From NCBI GenBank assembly GCA_051294375.1, contig CM119263.1, positions 21,374,494-21,438,493 of the forward strand: DNA of 64,000 nucleotides, in the 5' to 3' direction. Each line of letters begins with the position of its first letter. The first letter of the stretch is position 1. Source of the stretch: Paraspadella gotoi (Eukaryota; Animalia; Chaetognatha). The notes under the pieces were generated by a model. That model was not told where the DNA came from. It did not search any database and worked only from the letters and a program-made list of their open reading frames with translations. Positions 1 through 14,085 of the stretch are shown here, in pieces. The translations under genes and the position numbers were made by a program.

Positions 1-2
1 AG

Positions 3-77
3 AAAAAACGATGAATGAATTTTTTTAGAAAAATAGCCAGAAATATATTTTTCTAAAAAATCCATTCATCGTTTTTT
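3..77. repeat. Near-perfect inverted repeat / hairpin (~32-bp arms, ~10-nt loop)
   Basis: aaaaaacgatgaatgaatttttttagaaaaata (3-35) is the reverse complement of tatttttctaaaaaatccattcatcgtttttt (46-77), apart from one mismatch and one indel. Confidence 0.8.
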
Positions 78-639
78 TCCCCACAAACACTTTCCAAAGA
101 ACCACTCAAGACCATCATATCCGCACAGGCCCCCACCTCACACCTCAGTGCCCCTACCACTAGATTGGCGGGGCGCGATGAGAATTAGGAATTTAGCAGG
201 GTTGCGTGCTTATAATTTGAGCCGTTGTGTTACCCCCTCCTCCTCACTTCCCGTCCGACGCTCGTTCAATCTTTTCAGATATCGTCACCGCGTTTCCAGT
301 GTCAAGGACGAATTTCGCGCAGAAAAATTCTGAAAAACAAGGGGCGCGCCCCACGCCGCTTCATGGCGTTTAGCGGGAACGAGATACGAGACGTTGAAAG
401 GAAGAAGGTAGGAAGAGCTGTGGGCAATGGAACGCGCCGAGAAATTGGGAGAGGAGAGATACAGTATACAAATCACTCTGCAAGTTGGGAACGAATAATT
501 AAGGTCATTTTTAATTTTACTTAGTAGGCGAAAAACGCGATAAGAAAGTATAAAAAAAACATACCGAGATATATCGATTAAAGTAATCGAGTGGTAATTG
601 ATTTTTAAATGTGTGAGAAGCGGATGACGAGCCGAACAG

Positions 640-830
640 AAAAGCGAGCCGAGGAGCCGAATTGGGGGCGCAGGAGTCGGGCAGAAAAGCGGGCGGAGGA
701 GCAGAAGGGGTTGGCGCAGGAGCAGAGCAGAAGAGAGGGCAGAGGAACCGAAGGGGTGGGCGCAGGAGCTGGGCGCAGGAGCTGGGCAGAAAAGCGGGCA
801 GAGGAGCCGAAGGGGTGGGCGCCGAATCCG
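640..830. repeat. Degenerate GC-rich tandem repeat (~45-55-bp units)
   Basis: Recurring gggcgcaggagc(t)gggcagaaaagcgggc(a)gaggagccgaaggggt, about 3-4 imperfect units. It generates the SAP/PAP-rich pseudo-ORFs. Confidence 0.7.
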
Positions 831-947
831 GCGCTGAAATGGCGCCGAGACGACCTTGAAGAACTTGAAGTATCAAGTGGAGTGAAATTCAATTTTATAA
901 ATGGTTTCGTGACGGTTTTGTCGTGTCGTGGCTCGTGAGGGAGGAAG

Positions 948-1049
<102 letters not shown>

Positions 1050-1299
1050 TTTTTCTCCCGCACCCAACGGCGGAAATCCAGGATGGGCGTTGATGGGCTT
1101 TTCGAGGGTCGAAAGGATCATTTCGCCTCAAATTCGAAATTCACTCTCGCAAGTCTTTGTGAAGATTAAGTGAATATTTTGTGAAGATTCGACGAAAGTT
1201 TGGTGATGATTTTGTAGAAGTTAGCGATTTTCACTGGCGACGTCTCGTCAAAACGATTTCGCCCGACGAAACGGATATCAAAGCGACGGTGTTAGCAGC

Positions 1300-1738
1300 A
1301 TTGTACCCACGTAGTACAGTGTGTCCCAATGGTACTGTCGGTTAACCAATAATATTTGGGACCAATCATATATGGGCCTAATTGTATGTGGGCCCAATCC
1401 TATGTGGACCTAATCCTACGTGGGCCCAATCCTTCGTGGGCCCAATCATATATGGGCCCAATTATATGCGGGCCCAATCCTATGGGACCCATAGGATGGG
1501 TGCAATCCTATGGGCGCAGACCTACCTACCTATACCTGGGCCCAATCCTTTGGGTACAATCCTATGTGCGTAATTCTATAGGCGCAATCCTAAGTGGGCG
1601 CAATTCTACTGGGCGGAATACTATGTGGGCGGAACTACGGAGGCCTAATCTTAATTGGGTGCAATTCTACAAGGGCACAATCCAAGGGCGCAATACTGTG
1701 GGCGCAATTTTCTAGGCGCAATCCTACGTGGGTACAAT
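1300..1738. mobile_element. MITE-like element with 15-bp inverted termini enclosing a degenerate 14-16-bp tandem array
   Basis: attgtacccacgtag (1300-1314) is the exact reverse complement of ctacgtgggtacaat (1724-1738). Between them, 1357-1740 holds about 20+ units of gtgggcccaatcctat-like sequence. No clear TSD found. Confidence 0.55.
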
Positions 1739-1746
1739 CCTTATGG

Positions 1747-2568
1747 AATAGAAAAAAAATAACAAAAAAAAGTATATTTAAAGACAAGAAAAGAAAAGAA
1801 AAATGAAAGAAAAGAAAGAAAAGAAGAAAGAAAGAAAGAAGAGAAAAGAAAGAAAAAAGAAAAGAAAAGAAACGAAAGAAATAAGGAGAAAAGGAAAAAA
1901 AAAAAGAAAGAGAAGGACGAAAGAGGAAAAGAGAAGAAAAGTAGACAAGACAGGAAAGGAAAGGAAAAGGAAAAGAAAAGAAAAAAAAAAAACAAGAAAG
2001 GAGAAAGAAAAGAAAAAGAAAGAAGAAAAGAAAAAGAAAAAATAAAAGAAAAAGAAAAAGAAAAAAGAAAAGAAAAAGAAAAGAAAAAAAGAAAGGAAAG
2101 TAAAAAAAAAGAACAAGAAAAGAAAGAAAAGAAAAGAAAAAGAAAAAGAAAAAAAAAAAAAAGGAAGAAAGAAAGGAAGAAAGGGAAGAGAAGGAAAGAA
2201 AGGAAAAGAAAGAAAAGACAAAAAGAAAGGGAAAGAAAGAAAGGAAAGGAAATGAAAGAAAGAAAAGGAAGAAAAAGAAAAGAAAAGCGAAAAGAAAAGA
2301 AAATGAAAGGAAAGGAAAAAAAAAAAAAAAGGAAAGGAAAGGAAACGGGAAAAAGAAAAGAAAATGAAAAGAAAAAGAAAGGAAAAGAAAGGGAAAGGAA
2401 AAGAAAAGGAAAGGAAAAGGAAAGGAAAGGAAAGAAAGGAAGAAAGAAAGGCAAAAGGCAAAAGGAAAAGAAAGAGAAAGGAAAGGAAAGCGAAAGGAAA
2501 GGAAAGGGAAAAGGAAAGCGAAAGAAAAAGAAGAGAAGGAAAAGAGAAAAGAAAGAAAAGAAAAGAAG
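1747..2568. repeat. ~0.8-kb polypurine low-complexity tract (AAAG/GGAAA-like)
   Basis: Almost exclusively A/G on the + strand. It gives the F/S/L-rich 352-aa and K/R/E-rich pseudo-ORFs. Confidence 0.95.
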
Positions 2569-3181
2569 CGGAAACGTCCTTTTCCCCGATCTCGCGATCA
2601 CCAACCAAAGTTGTCGCCTTCTCCTCTTTTTCGACGCCAAGTGTACAAGGCGGAGCAGAGAAACCAAATCGAAGTTGGCGGCTGCGGGCGTCGGCGGCTT
2701 CGCGTGCGGCCCGGTCGTCGGCAAAAGGCCTGCGGCGTTCGCCTCCAGACGCGCGCGCACGCTGGACCTTCGAGTTCCGGCGGCAACTTGCCTAATCATT
2801 CTCGTGGCTAAGCAACTATAAAATTCTCTGCATTAAGTGTGGCTCGACTTCCAGTTGATCGGCCGAGGGGAGAAACCAAAAATGTAACGCCATTCGATCG
2901 GTTGGACGAGGAGGAGAGAGGAGAGAGAGAGAGAGAGAGAGAGACGAACGACGAAGAGAGAGAAGACGAGAGAGAGAAGAGAGAAGAGAGAGAGAGAGAG
3001 AAAAAAAGAAAAGAGAAGAAGAAAGAGAGTTGACGTGGCAATCAAGAAGAACCGGTATCCGTTTCGTCTCTTGTCTTATAATTCGGTTAATCGCGGCCAA
3101 GAGGATTGGTGACAAATCAAGAAAACCTCTTTTCTCTCTGCGTCTCTCTCTCTCTCTTCGTCTCTCTCTCTCTCTCTCGTG

Positions 3182-3212
<31 letters not shown>

Positions 3213-6200
3213 GCCTCTCTCTCATTCGTGTTCACCCCGTTTTCATTCACTTTGCACAATTCACTTCGACGAATCACGAAATCGCTCCGGAATTAATCCC
3301 GTGCGCCTTTCTCCTGTTCTTTCACGGGGGAAGGCGTCGGGGTGATTTCAAATCCCTCTAATCATTCGCTGTCCGAGCCATCAACACAAATTAAACTCAT
3401 TCGTCTCTCGGTCCAAAAAAAAAAGAAATTGTTTTCAAATTGAAAAAAAGAAAGAAAAAAATGAAAAGATTAATGTAGCGATTGAGACTTAGCTGCTGCG
3501 GAGAGGAGAGGGTGGCGTTCCAGCGGCGGTGTGGTGGCCGCAGAGCGAAGAGAGAGTAGAGAACGAGAGAGAGAGAGCCGAGAGAGAGAGACGGAAGAGA
3601 GAGAGAGAGCAGAGAGAGAGAGAGAGCGAGAGAGAGATGAGAAACGAGAGGAGACAGGAGAGAGAGGTTCGGGAATGGCGGGGGGGGTAGAAAATAGAAA
3701 ATGCGATTGATTACATTTCGCTGGGATTAATCAAAGACTAAAAAAATCGATTTTGCTCCTAACGTAAAAAAAAAGATGAGATCGAGTCGGTGAAAACTTT
3801 GGCCCGACGGAGGATCAGCGGTCATCAGCGTCAACAATGACGTTCATCGACGACCTCAGCGCTGCCCGTCGGCCTCAGAACGAAACAAATGACGCGGAAG
3901 AAAGAAAGAAAAAAAGATGATTAATTCCCGTTTTGTTTTGGTGTTGTGGTTTTTAGAGTTGTTGTTATTGTCATTATAACATACTATCGGTCGGATGAGA
4001 TGTGAGAGATTTAATTTCGTTGTCGTTGTTGTTGTCTTCTTCGTTATCGTTTTCGACAAAAGAGCATCGAGCGATGAGAATATCACAGACTCCTTAACGA
4101 CGAAAACAAGGACGACGTCGACGAAATAGACGACACGCCCACCTCACCAAAACAAGGGCCGCGCCCCTTTCGCGCCCTTTCCCGTCGCCCGAGCCCCAGA
4201 ACGGCGCCCTTCCTTGTTTTCGGAAATGGGCGCGCCCCCTCCTCCGAACCCTTGAAAGCCGGCGCGACCTTCCGACGTTGAAGTGGCGCCTCGACGCCGC
4301 CTCTCTTCCAGGTCCTCTTCCTTCTCTCTTCTTCATTCTCCTCTTCTCTTTCTTGTTCTCCTTTTTATCTTCTTCTCATTCTCGTCCTGGGCTCCACTAT
4401 CCGCCGCTAATGACTCATCCTTGAATAATAATATTATGGGGAAAAGGGAAAAGGAGGAGGAGGAGGAAGAGGAAGAGGAGGAGGATGACATAATCAAGGA
4501 TAAAAAAGCAAAAAAGAAGAGATAAATGTTAGTACTATATATGTATAAGAAGTAAATAGACCAGAAGAATAGAGAAGCCAAAAAGAAAAAAGTGATGAGG
4601 AAGAGAAGAGATTAAACGAGTAAGAAAAAAAGGGAAAGTAAAAAAACACGAATGAGACGCGAGAGACTTGAAAAAACTCTTTTATTTTTTTTTCTCCTTT
4701 TTTTTCTTTATTTTTTCGTCTCGTCATAATTAAGAAGGCGATAAACTTGGAAGGTAAGCAAAGTAAGAGAGGTGGAAGGAAAAAAAAGAAGTAAGGTCAT
4801 TTTGGCTCCCACCAAGGAGAGAAAAGAAAACTGTAAAGCCTCTCTCCCTCATGAAATTAATAGAAACTTTAAAAGGGGAAAGGAAGGATGTGATTGTAAA
4901 TTGTGAAGGTTTGTAGTTCTCAGATTGAGAAATTGAAGGACGGAATCAAAGGTTAAACAATCAACACAAGTCTTCTTCTTGGAAGATGATTAAAAAAAAT
5001 GCTGGATGGACGTAAACATTCTGAGAAAAACCCAGGGGCGCGATAAAAGGATATGATGAAGAAAGAGAAAAAAAAAGATAGAAGAAAGAAAAGTAAAAAA
5101 AATCCTAATACTTTATAACTGCTGCCGCACGAACCCTTAAAAAAATAATAAAAAAAGAAGCAATAAACGGAAAATAAAGAAACAGTGGGATAAGAAGCAG
5201 TTGGGAAAAAGTGTTCCGAGATTTGGAGATGTCAAATGCGACCGCCGACCAGTCATGCGATGGCTAAAGGTGCAAAACGATTCCGAGCGAAACAATATAT
5301 ACGTGGACAACAAATTCGATAGGTCGTTTTAAATCGTTTCAGTAATTTTATTCTATAACCAGGATGTAGGTTTAATATGTTTATTTATTTATTTCAAAAT
5401 TGACTGACTCTCCCCAAAGAAATATTGAAGCGTTGTCAAATTGTATAAAAACGGTTGAACTCTCATCTTAAGCGGATGTCGAATCTCCCGTCGTGTTATT
5501 CTTGTGCCAATATTTTGTCCGTTTGTATCTTTGTATAAATATTGTTGAAGATTAGAGGAAGAGGTTGATAAGGGGAGAGTGGGAAAGAATATGGGAATAG
5601 TGGAGTAAAAAAAGGATTATGAGTAATTGACATTAAAAAAAAGTAAGTTTGTCAAATTACTCCGTACTCAAGGACGCGAGTAATTTTGTTTTTTACAGTC
5701 ATTTACATTCATGTTATTTTTATTAAGGACCCTGATCGGTTTAGTGATAATTCCTCTGTAGTTCAATTGTAATTTTGAAATCCAATGGGTTCTGGGGGTT
5801 ATTCAGTTCTCAAATACAACCGTCAGAAATCATTCCTTTCCTGTTTTCACGTGATTGACTTCATCGGGATCCAGTTCCATCGTCAATGAGATCATTAGTC
5901 ACTTGGATCCCGAAACCTCCTACGACTCGCGTCGAGGGATCACATCTTTTTTTCGCCTCATGACTCAAGGGGTTCAAGTGTGATCATCGGGCAATAAGGA
6001 TGGAACGAACGGGCAAAGGTAGAGAAGGCGGGGGAAGGAAAGGGCATGGGGGTTGATCGATCAAAAAAAGAGAAAGGAAAAAGTAGGTATACATCCGACA
6101 ACGAAAGTTGTGGTTGAGTTGGCAGATACAGATTAACTACCTGAGACAAAGAGAGTCAGTTCATGAGGCAATAAAGACAACGGTAGTCGCAATTCCGACG

Positions 6201-7518
6201 AGCGGGCGGCCGGGCGGGCCAAGGAGCCGGACGAAGCGGCCAAAGCTCGCAAAGTCGGCGACGGAAAATGCAAAAACCTCGCGCGCGATTTGCGCGAAAA
6301 TCGTAGGGAATGATTTGTGCAAATGATTTGTGACCCGAGAAGAGAAGGAAAGGACCTGGCCTACATTCGGCGGGAGAAGGGGGAGAAAGGGAGGAAGGTA
6401 ATGTCGGCGACGACGACGACGACGACGACAACGAGGACGACGACGAAGACGACGAGTGCGAAGGAGATAATGGCTGCGAGAAAAAGGCTTGAAAGTTACA
6501 ACCCTAAGACAACAACCTCGAGAACAAGCAGAGCATAAGANNNNNNNNNNNNNNNNNNNNNNNNNNNNNNNNNNNNNNNNNNNNNNNNNNNNNNNNNNNN
6601 NNNNNNNNNNNNNNNNNNNNNNNNNNNNNNNNNNNNNNNNNNNNNNNNNNNNNNNNNNNNNNNNNNNNNNNNNNNNNNNNNNNNNNNNNNNNNNNNGAGA
6701 GAGAGAGAGAGAGAGAGAGAAAGTAGAGCAGCGAGAGGAGAGTGAAAAGGAGAAGTAAAGAGATAAAAAAGAAAAAAAATAAATCCTAAAAAATATAATT
6801 TAATAATCAGAGACAAATGTAGATATGAATGTTGAGACATTCCTTCATAAAAATGAAAATCATTAATCTTCCAATCAGCAATTCTCGTTCATCGATGATT
6901 CTCGTCGCCGCAAGAGACTTTGAAAATGAAAGCGAAAATAAAGAAGGAAAAGTCGATAGACGAAGTCACCCGGTCGCGTGATTAGCGTCGGGTCACGTGG
7001 TTCCTTGGAAAGTTCCTTCTATCACATCAATGCGTCCGTGGATCGCGGATCGAAAATTCTCAAGAGACGAAACGAATAAAANNNNNNNNNNNNNNNNNNN
7101 NNNNNNNNNNNNNNNNNNNNNNNNNNNNNNNNNNNNNNNNNNNNNNNNNNNNNNNNNNNNNNNNNNNNNNNNNNNNNNNNNNNNNNNNNNNNNNNNNNNN
7201 NNNNNNNNNNNNNNNNNNNNNNNNNNNNNNNNNNNNNNNNNNNNNNNNNNNNNNNNNNNNNNNNNNNNNNNNNNNNNNNNNNNNNNNNNNNNNNNNNNNN
7301 NNNNNNNNNNNNNNNNNNNNNNNNNNNNNNNNNNNNNNNNNNNNNNNNNNNNNNNNNNNNNNNNNNNNNNNNNNNNNNNNNNNNNNNNNNNNNNNNNNNN
7401 NNNNNNNNNNNNNNNNNNNNNNNNNNNNNNNNNNNNNNNNNNNNNNNNNNNNNNNNNNNNNNNNNNNNNNNNNNNNNNNNNNNNNNNNNNNNNNNNNNNN
7501 NNNNNNNNNNNNNNNNNA

Positions 7519-7784
7519 GAATTTTTTCAAAAAGAGTTTATATTTCTTTTATCAACTTTTTATGACGAATCCAAATCTGCAAAAAATGCTTACCAAAAAT
7601 ATTTTGAAATTTTTAACTTTATTGGTTTTAGTACTTTTTTTAGTTATAAATATGGCCACCCCTACTGGTAAATTGTTTTAAAATTTATTATATTATTATA
7701 TAATGTCATTATATAATGTTGTTGTCCTCACTTTTAGGAATTAATTAAATTAGAAAGTTAAAATTTAAAAAATTACTACGCCTA
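7519..7784 (+). mobile_element. Right arm of the fold-back MITE family (left part probably inside the N gap 7082-7518)
   Basis: Colinear with 13835-14085 (aaaagagttatatttctttt...aaatctgcaaaaaa...tataaatatggcc...taatgttgtt...actacgcct). Confidence 0.8.
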
Positions 7785-8303
7785 TACTTGGGTTATGTCA
7801 AACTGACAAAAAAGACCTAAAACAAAAAATTTGTAAAAAATAATTAATTATTAATTAATTTACTATGTAAGAAACTAATTAAATCATTGTTTTTAATGTA
7901 ATAATATAATTAATTATCACTGCTAATTGATATTATAACATTATAATATTTTATATATATATATATTATAATTTTTTTATCTTTCCCTTTTTTTTATTTA
8001 ATTAAATCATATAAATTAACGCAAAATGTTTGATTGGAAGTTAAATAGAAAAAAAAGAGAAAAAAAGAAAGTAAAATAGTAGAAAATAAAGGGGGTTCTT
8101 CAATCTGCGATCTCCTTCAAAAATCGTGGCGGGGATTCCCTGAAGTGGTTAAAAAATGAACAGTTGTAGGGAATAGTGGAAGAGTGCCCTGTCCCCTTAT
8201 TGCCAGTTCGAACTGAGCGTTTATGAGCGTCGTCGTGAGTCTTTTGGTCAAACTGAAAAGACTCGATGGTGATTTAGGAAGGTGGCGGAATTACGATGGA
8301 TAG

Positions 8304-8355
<52 letters not shown>

Positions 8356-10748
8356 CAGAGAGAGAGAAAGTAAGTGGCACGAAGGAGTGAATAAGAGGGT
8401 AAGAAAAATTAAAGAAGGAAGAAAAGAAAGCCGAGAAAAAAAAGGAGTGAAGAAAAATTTACTCTAAAAGGAAAAAAAACTGTCACAAATTAGAGAAGGG
8501 ACGAAGAGTGTTAAGGTTAAAAGTAAGAAAATTTAGGATTTTTCCTGTTACTAGGACAAACAATAACTAGTTGAATATAGTAACTAGTTGGTTGTACCAA
8601 TTTCATATAAAAGAAAAGCATATTTCTTCGGAAAATAAAAGTTTCGTTTTTCTGAATTCTAAAATTTGCGAAGAGACAAAATTCGATGCGAAGGTGGAGC
8701 CAAATCGAAACGACGACAACAACGACAAAACACAACAAGGACAACAACAGCGACAACAAGGAAAACAAGGAGCCAAACCACGATGCAAGGGAGCAAGACC
8801 CAGAACAAACAAATTGTCGACCCTTAAACGAAGAAAACAAAGAGAGACTGTCACGCGGCGGGAGGGAAGAGAGAAAAAAGACCGTAATGACCAAGAAACG
8901 AAGAAACTGCGCCATTCAGCCGATCGGGAAGGGAAAAAATGAGGAATTACGCAAAACTGTAAAGATGAAAGGAAAAACGATGCGAAGTTGGTTGGGTAAT
9001 TGTTTGGTTGGGTAAGTTCGTAAATGACCAGAATCAGCGTGTGATAAATGAAAAAAGGGATTCCGACTTAAAAAACGGCGTTGTCCGATTGTACACGTGT
9101 TCACACGATTTCTTTTCCACATCTTTTCTTTCTTTCCTTTTTTTGACGTACGCTCGAAAAGTAAAAAGTTGGCGCAACGCCACGGGGAAATCCCGTTGAC
9201 GCCAATCTGGCTCCATCACGACCCCAACTTTCTTTTTTTTCTGTCCCTTTTTTTCCCTTTTCCTTTTTTTTTTCTGCGGAGACTCTTTCGTTTCCTTCCG
9301 ACGAAGAAGCCTCGATTCGCGCTCAAGTGACGAAAGTCAAAAAAACTCGAAAATAGGGTAAAATCACTTTTCGGCCTTTTTAGACCATTTTTTAAGAATC
9401 GTCTCCCAAAAAAGGGAATCAAGTTGGAAAATAGAAAGAAAGAAAGAAAAAAATAAAGAACTAAACGAAAATTTCATTTTTGAAAATGTTATATATTAAC
9501 TAAATTGGGTGGATAAATTTAAGAAATGTTGTTTAGTGGTGAATCCCAAGTTCACGTGCCAAAAGAAAAACATTTACAAAACCAAACATAACGATTAAAC
9601 AGAAGGCACAACGATGGTTAATGAAAAAATGAAATGACCTCAGAAAATAAAAAGGAAACTTTTTCTTTTTTTTTTCTTTTTTATTCCGGAAGTCGATTGG
9701 ATGCGAGAGAAAAAAGAAGGAGAAGAGAGAAATCTTTTTGCCGAAATAAATTTGAGTGAAAAATAGCATTTTTAAAATTGGACGAAAAAAAAATGTTGAG
9801 CGGATTGCGGAATTTTTTCGCCATTACATTCGAAATTCCGATTTTGAGTAAACTCTTTTTTTTTCCTTCAATGCCGGAAAATGTAAAACAAGTCATTTGC
9901 CAAAGAATGCGAAGTTGGAAGGAATATTTTTTGTTAAAGATTGATTAAATCCAGATTCCGTAATATATGTAGATTAGCAAGAGTATATAATTTTATATGG
10001 TAACAAAATTGTAAGTAAGAGTAATCCGCGGAGGGCGAAGAGGTAAGGTCATATGAGGGTAAGTCTTCTCATCCCCGCGGCGATTGTTGACAATAGGGGA
10101 AGGTAGGACCAATTGTAAACAAAAGCTGGTAGTCTTCTCACCGTGAGATTGCCGATTACAGTGATAGGCGATGGCAATCTGTGAATTGGTGAGATTTATC
10201 AGGAAATTAAAAAAAATATATTTATGCGACGACGTAACAAAAAAAAAGTAAACAAAAAGTAATATCCTTAACAGAAAAAAGTTTAATAAAGTGTTTTCAT
10301 TTTTTCTTACGAATCAATCCAAATGACGAAGAAAAGAATGGGGAGATTATTTTAAAGAAGATTTCGATAAAAAAAATAAATAAAACGAAGATGAAGTATT
10401 TAAAAAAAATTATGAAGCGATTCATCCTTCAAGGACACGAGAAAGAGTAGGATGAGGAAGAGGAGGAGGAGGAGAATGAAAAAAAAAGAAAAGAAAGGGG
10501 GGAGACAAAGAAAAACAGAGTGTAACATGTAAAGATTAAAGAGTCTCTACGCAAACACCAACGGCTGTGGGCCTAAGTCGGGTAAAGGTTGCCCTTCCCG
10601 AACACAAGCAAGAAAAAAAATGGAAATAGAAAAATAAAGGGGGAGAAAAAAAGGTAGAAAATAGTGAAAAAAGGAAGAAACATAAATGGTGGAACGGAAA
10701 GATTTGAGGGGGAAAGGTTAAAGATGAAGAGAGAGAGAGAGAGAAGAG

Positions 10749-10814
<66 letters not shown>

Positions 10815-11439
10815 GGAATGGTGGGAGTGTTTCGTTGTTGTTAAGCCTATCCGTGACTAATCGTCCGAAATCTCAAGAAAACCGCAGAATATTTTTTATC
10901 TTTTATTTGAATATAATTTTTTTCCCGATTTTTCATCACGTTAATAGTTTATTTTTTTTTAGGGGGGGGCGAAGACCAATCCTTTAAAAAAAAGACAGGC
11001 ATTAAAAAAAAGTAATGACTCAAAGCTACGAATAACATCCGGGATCCGAGAATCATAATCTATTTTGTTTCCTCTGCTGAGGGCAAAAAAGTTTGAGGGA
11101 GTGGGGGAAAGCAATCTAGAATAAAAAAGATCAATTTCGATCAAAAACATATAGACACAAAAAAACCGAGAGAGAGAGAGAGAAAGAAAAACCAATTTGA
11201 TAATTCCTCCTATTGGTCCGAGTCCATTCAAAATCCAATCTTCATAAGCTAAACAAACATCCGACTATTGACTCAAAAAACCACGAAATTAACTCAATTC
11301 TCAATAATTCGAGGCTAAAAAAAGAAATATGCATGCATACTGAGGAAAAGAGTTATAAAAAAATTATGAACGAACTCGCCAGTCAAGCTCGAACGAGGGC
11401 TCGGCAAAAAAAAAAAATAGAGGAGAGAGAGAGAGAGAG

Positions 11440-11490
<51 letters not shown>

Positions 11491-13288
11491 GAGAGACGGG
11501 AGAGAGGAGAAATAAAGTGGTAAAACTTGAAAAGTGACTCACATTGAATGTCTCTTCTCTTCTCAAAATGGTCATTCCACCCTGGGCCTCAAAAAGTGGA
11601 GGTTAACTTACTTTTTTTTTCAACTTGAACGAGAAGGTCGAGTGGGGAAGCTCGTGATTGACGCCTTTGGCCGAGTTTGTTTTTTTTTCTTTCTCATCTT
11701 TTTTATTCTTCTTTACTTAAAGAGTGTGATGTGTGGTGGTCAGTTGAGATACTCTATCTAATAAATTAATATTAAAAGATTAAGATGACGTTTTAGCTGC
11801 TCGTTATTCGGATTCATATGTACAATGAAATCGGGTATGAAATTAGGAAGTTTTTTTTTTATATGAGTACTTATACCGGAGCAAAAAATAAAAAATTGCT
11901 GCAATAGTTTCGGTTGTTTTAAAGAGGCTGTCAATTTTTTTCAAAGTCTATCTATTATATTAAAATGCTTTCTCATGAATAGATAAAATGAATCTGTAAA
12001 AAGAATACGCTCTTGGCTCCTGCTTTTCTTTACTATCGATCTTGTCATATCTTTTTAACTTTTAAGTCTTTCTCTTCGAATTTAATTTCACCATATATTT
12101 TTCTCTGACGAAAAACAGTCGACAGTCACCTTCTTCTTTTAAATTTTGTCTTTCTTTAAGTGATTCGAGGTTCGATCCTATGTACATCTTGAGGAACGAG
12201 ATCGCGTATATCTTTTTTCTTTAATTAAGATAATATAAATAGTAAAGAACAGACGGAACTGATCTTTAGCCGATTTAACGATTTAAATATTCTATATCTC
12301 AGCAACTCATTAAGCTACAAATACGTTTTAGCCCTGCGCACAGAACGAACACCTCACTCGCTTTTGTCACCAGTCATTTTCTGCACTTCTATTTCAACAA
12401 CATAACAATAAATGACGCTTTATATTCGCAAATTTTTTTTTTTCCGAGATATTTTTTTTCTTCTTCTTTGCGTCAGGTTTAGTTTGTTTTTTCAATTTTG
12501 ACGGTTGATTGAGCGTTTTAATCAAATTGTGTTTTTCTCTCTTCGTGAATTTGCATTTTTTTAAAGAAATTATAAATTGATGCTTCCGCAAAACGCTATA
12601 GATATCGAGCGAGGTAACGAGTCCCAACGGACCAGGTCTAGAGAGAAGGCGTGAGGCGTGGAGCAGCTGCAGATCCGTAGTTCCAGAACCGTCAGTTGGA
12701 CGGAGAGAGCGAGAGATCGTCAGTAGAGGATGAGGGCTGAAGAGAGGATGAGTGTAAAAAAAACAATAAGACTGTAAAAAGTCGTGACCTTATTTTTGTT
12801 TTAAACAATGACGTCACTTCCTCATTTTTTCGGCCACACTCCTTCTCCTTTCCTCTTTCTTTTTCTTTTTTTTCGTTTTTCCTTCCTCTTTTTGTTGGGC
12901 GTATCCATCTAAAATCTTCATGAGCAGAAATTGGTTGACTGCAAAGACCGAGAAGAATTATAGATTACAGTCATTTAAAATTAGAGTAATTGTTCCGTAA
13001 CCGGTCTAGTCAGTGCTTTAATGCTGTTTGTATATTATGGCGTTTTATTGAGTTGATTATTATATTTTTTTTAATGTTTTAGTATGCAGATTCTCCTAGT
13101 GTCAACTGGTGATCGTTGATCTCAAAAGAGACGTATACATTGTTTTTTCTGTATGAAATGGTACGGAGACGCGACACCGTTGTTTACATCAATCAATGAC
13201 TTTCAATACAATTAAGGGGTTAATAAGGGACCAAAGATGTTATGTGCCCCTACCCAATGAAAAACATCAAATCAGGGGACTTCTTTAT

Positions 13289-13450
13289 TAAGACATAGTG
13301 AAAGTTACCCCATAACGAAAAGTTCTAAAAGTCCTAATTATGAACAACATACCATACGGAACCATTAAATTTGTAAAAAAATTAATTTTTATTTTTTTCA
13401 ATTTTCGCAGTAGCTATATTTATATATATATATATAATATATATATATAT

Positions 13451-13496
<46 letters not shown>

Positions 13497-14085
13497 AATA
13501 TATATATATATATATTATATACTATATTTATATTTTTATATTTATTTATATTTATTTTATATTTAATATTTATTTATATTTATTATTTTATATTTATCTA
13601 TATTTATATTTATATTATATTATCCTTATAAAATCGAAGATTTCAAAAATAGCTTTTCTTAATTTTGATTGCAGATTTGAATTCCTGTCAAAAGTTGATA
13701 AAAGAAAATATAATCATTTTTAAAAATTCTTTCATTAAGTGGCTTAAAACATTAAAAAAACTATATTTAATAATAAGAGTTAATTTCAGCTTAAATTATA
13801 GCTTTTTCTAATTTTTGACCCACTTAATGAAGGAATTTTTCAAAAAGAGTTATATTTCTTTTTAACAACTTTTTATGAGAATCAAATCTGCAAAAAAATC
13901 TTAGAAATAACTGTTTTGAAATTTTAATATTTATTGGTTACTACTAGTATAAATATGGCCTACTGCGTAAATTGAAAATTTATCATAAATTTTTTTTATT
14001 ACACAAATGTTCATTAGTATAATGTTGTTCGTTCCTCACTTTAGAATTTTAATTTAAGTAAATTTAGAAATTTTACTACGCCTTA
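13289..14085 (+). mobile_element. Non-autonomous fold-back DNA transposon (hAT/P-like, 8-bp TSD) with internal (TA)n
   Basis: TSD ttctttat at 13281-13288 and 14086-14093. Termini taagacatagtgaaag...attttactacgcctta. Long imperfect arms around a centre near 13780 (gcagatttga...ttcattaagtgg versus ccacttaatgaa...aaatctgc). (TA)n tract at ~13415-13620. An 8-bp TSD is established for the hAT and P superfamilies. Confidence 0.85.

Noticed and set aside
1357-1745. CRISPR-like short repeats
   Set aside because: Units are head-to-tail with no unique spacers and are degenerate; the context is eukaryotic with no cas genes.
1741-2821. Long ORFs of 352, 276 and 189 aa
   Set aside because: Translations of a polypurine tract that simply lacks stop codons.
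10005-10070. Several + strand GTAAG donor-like sites
   Set aside because: No convincing paired acceptor or open frame; expected by chance in purine-rich sequence.
12160-12190. tRNA/SINE B-box-like ggttcgatcc (also ggttcgaccc at ~30620)
   Set aside because: No A box at proper spacing, no cloverleaf, tail or TSD.
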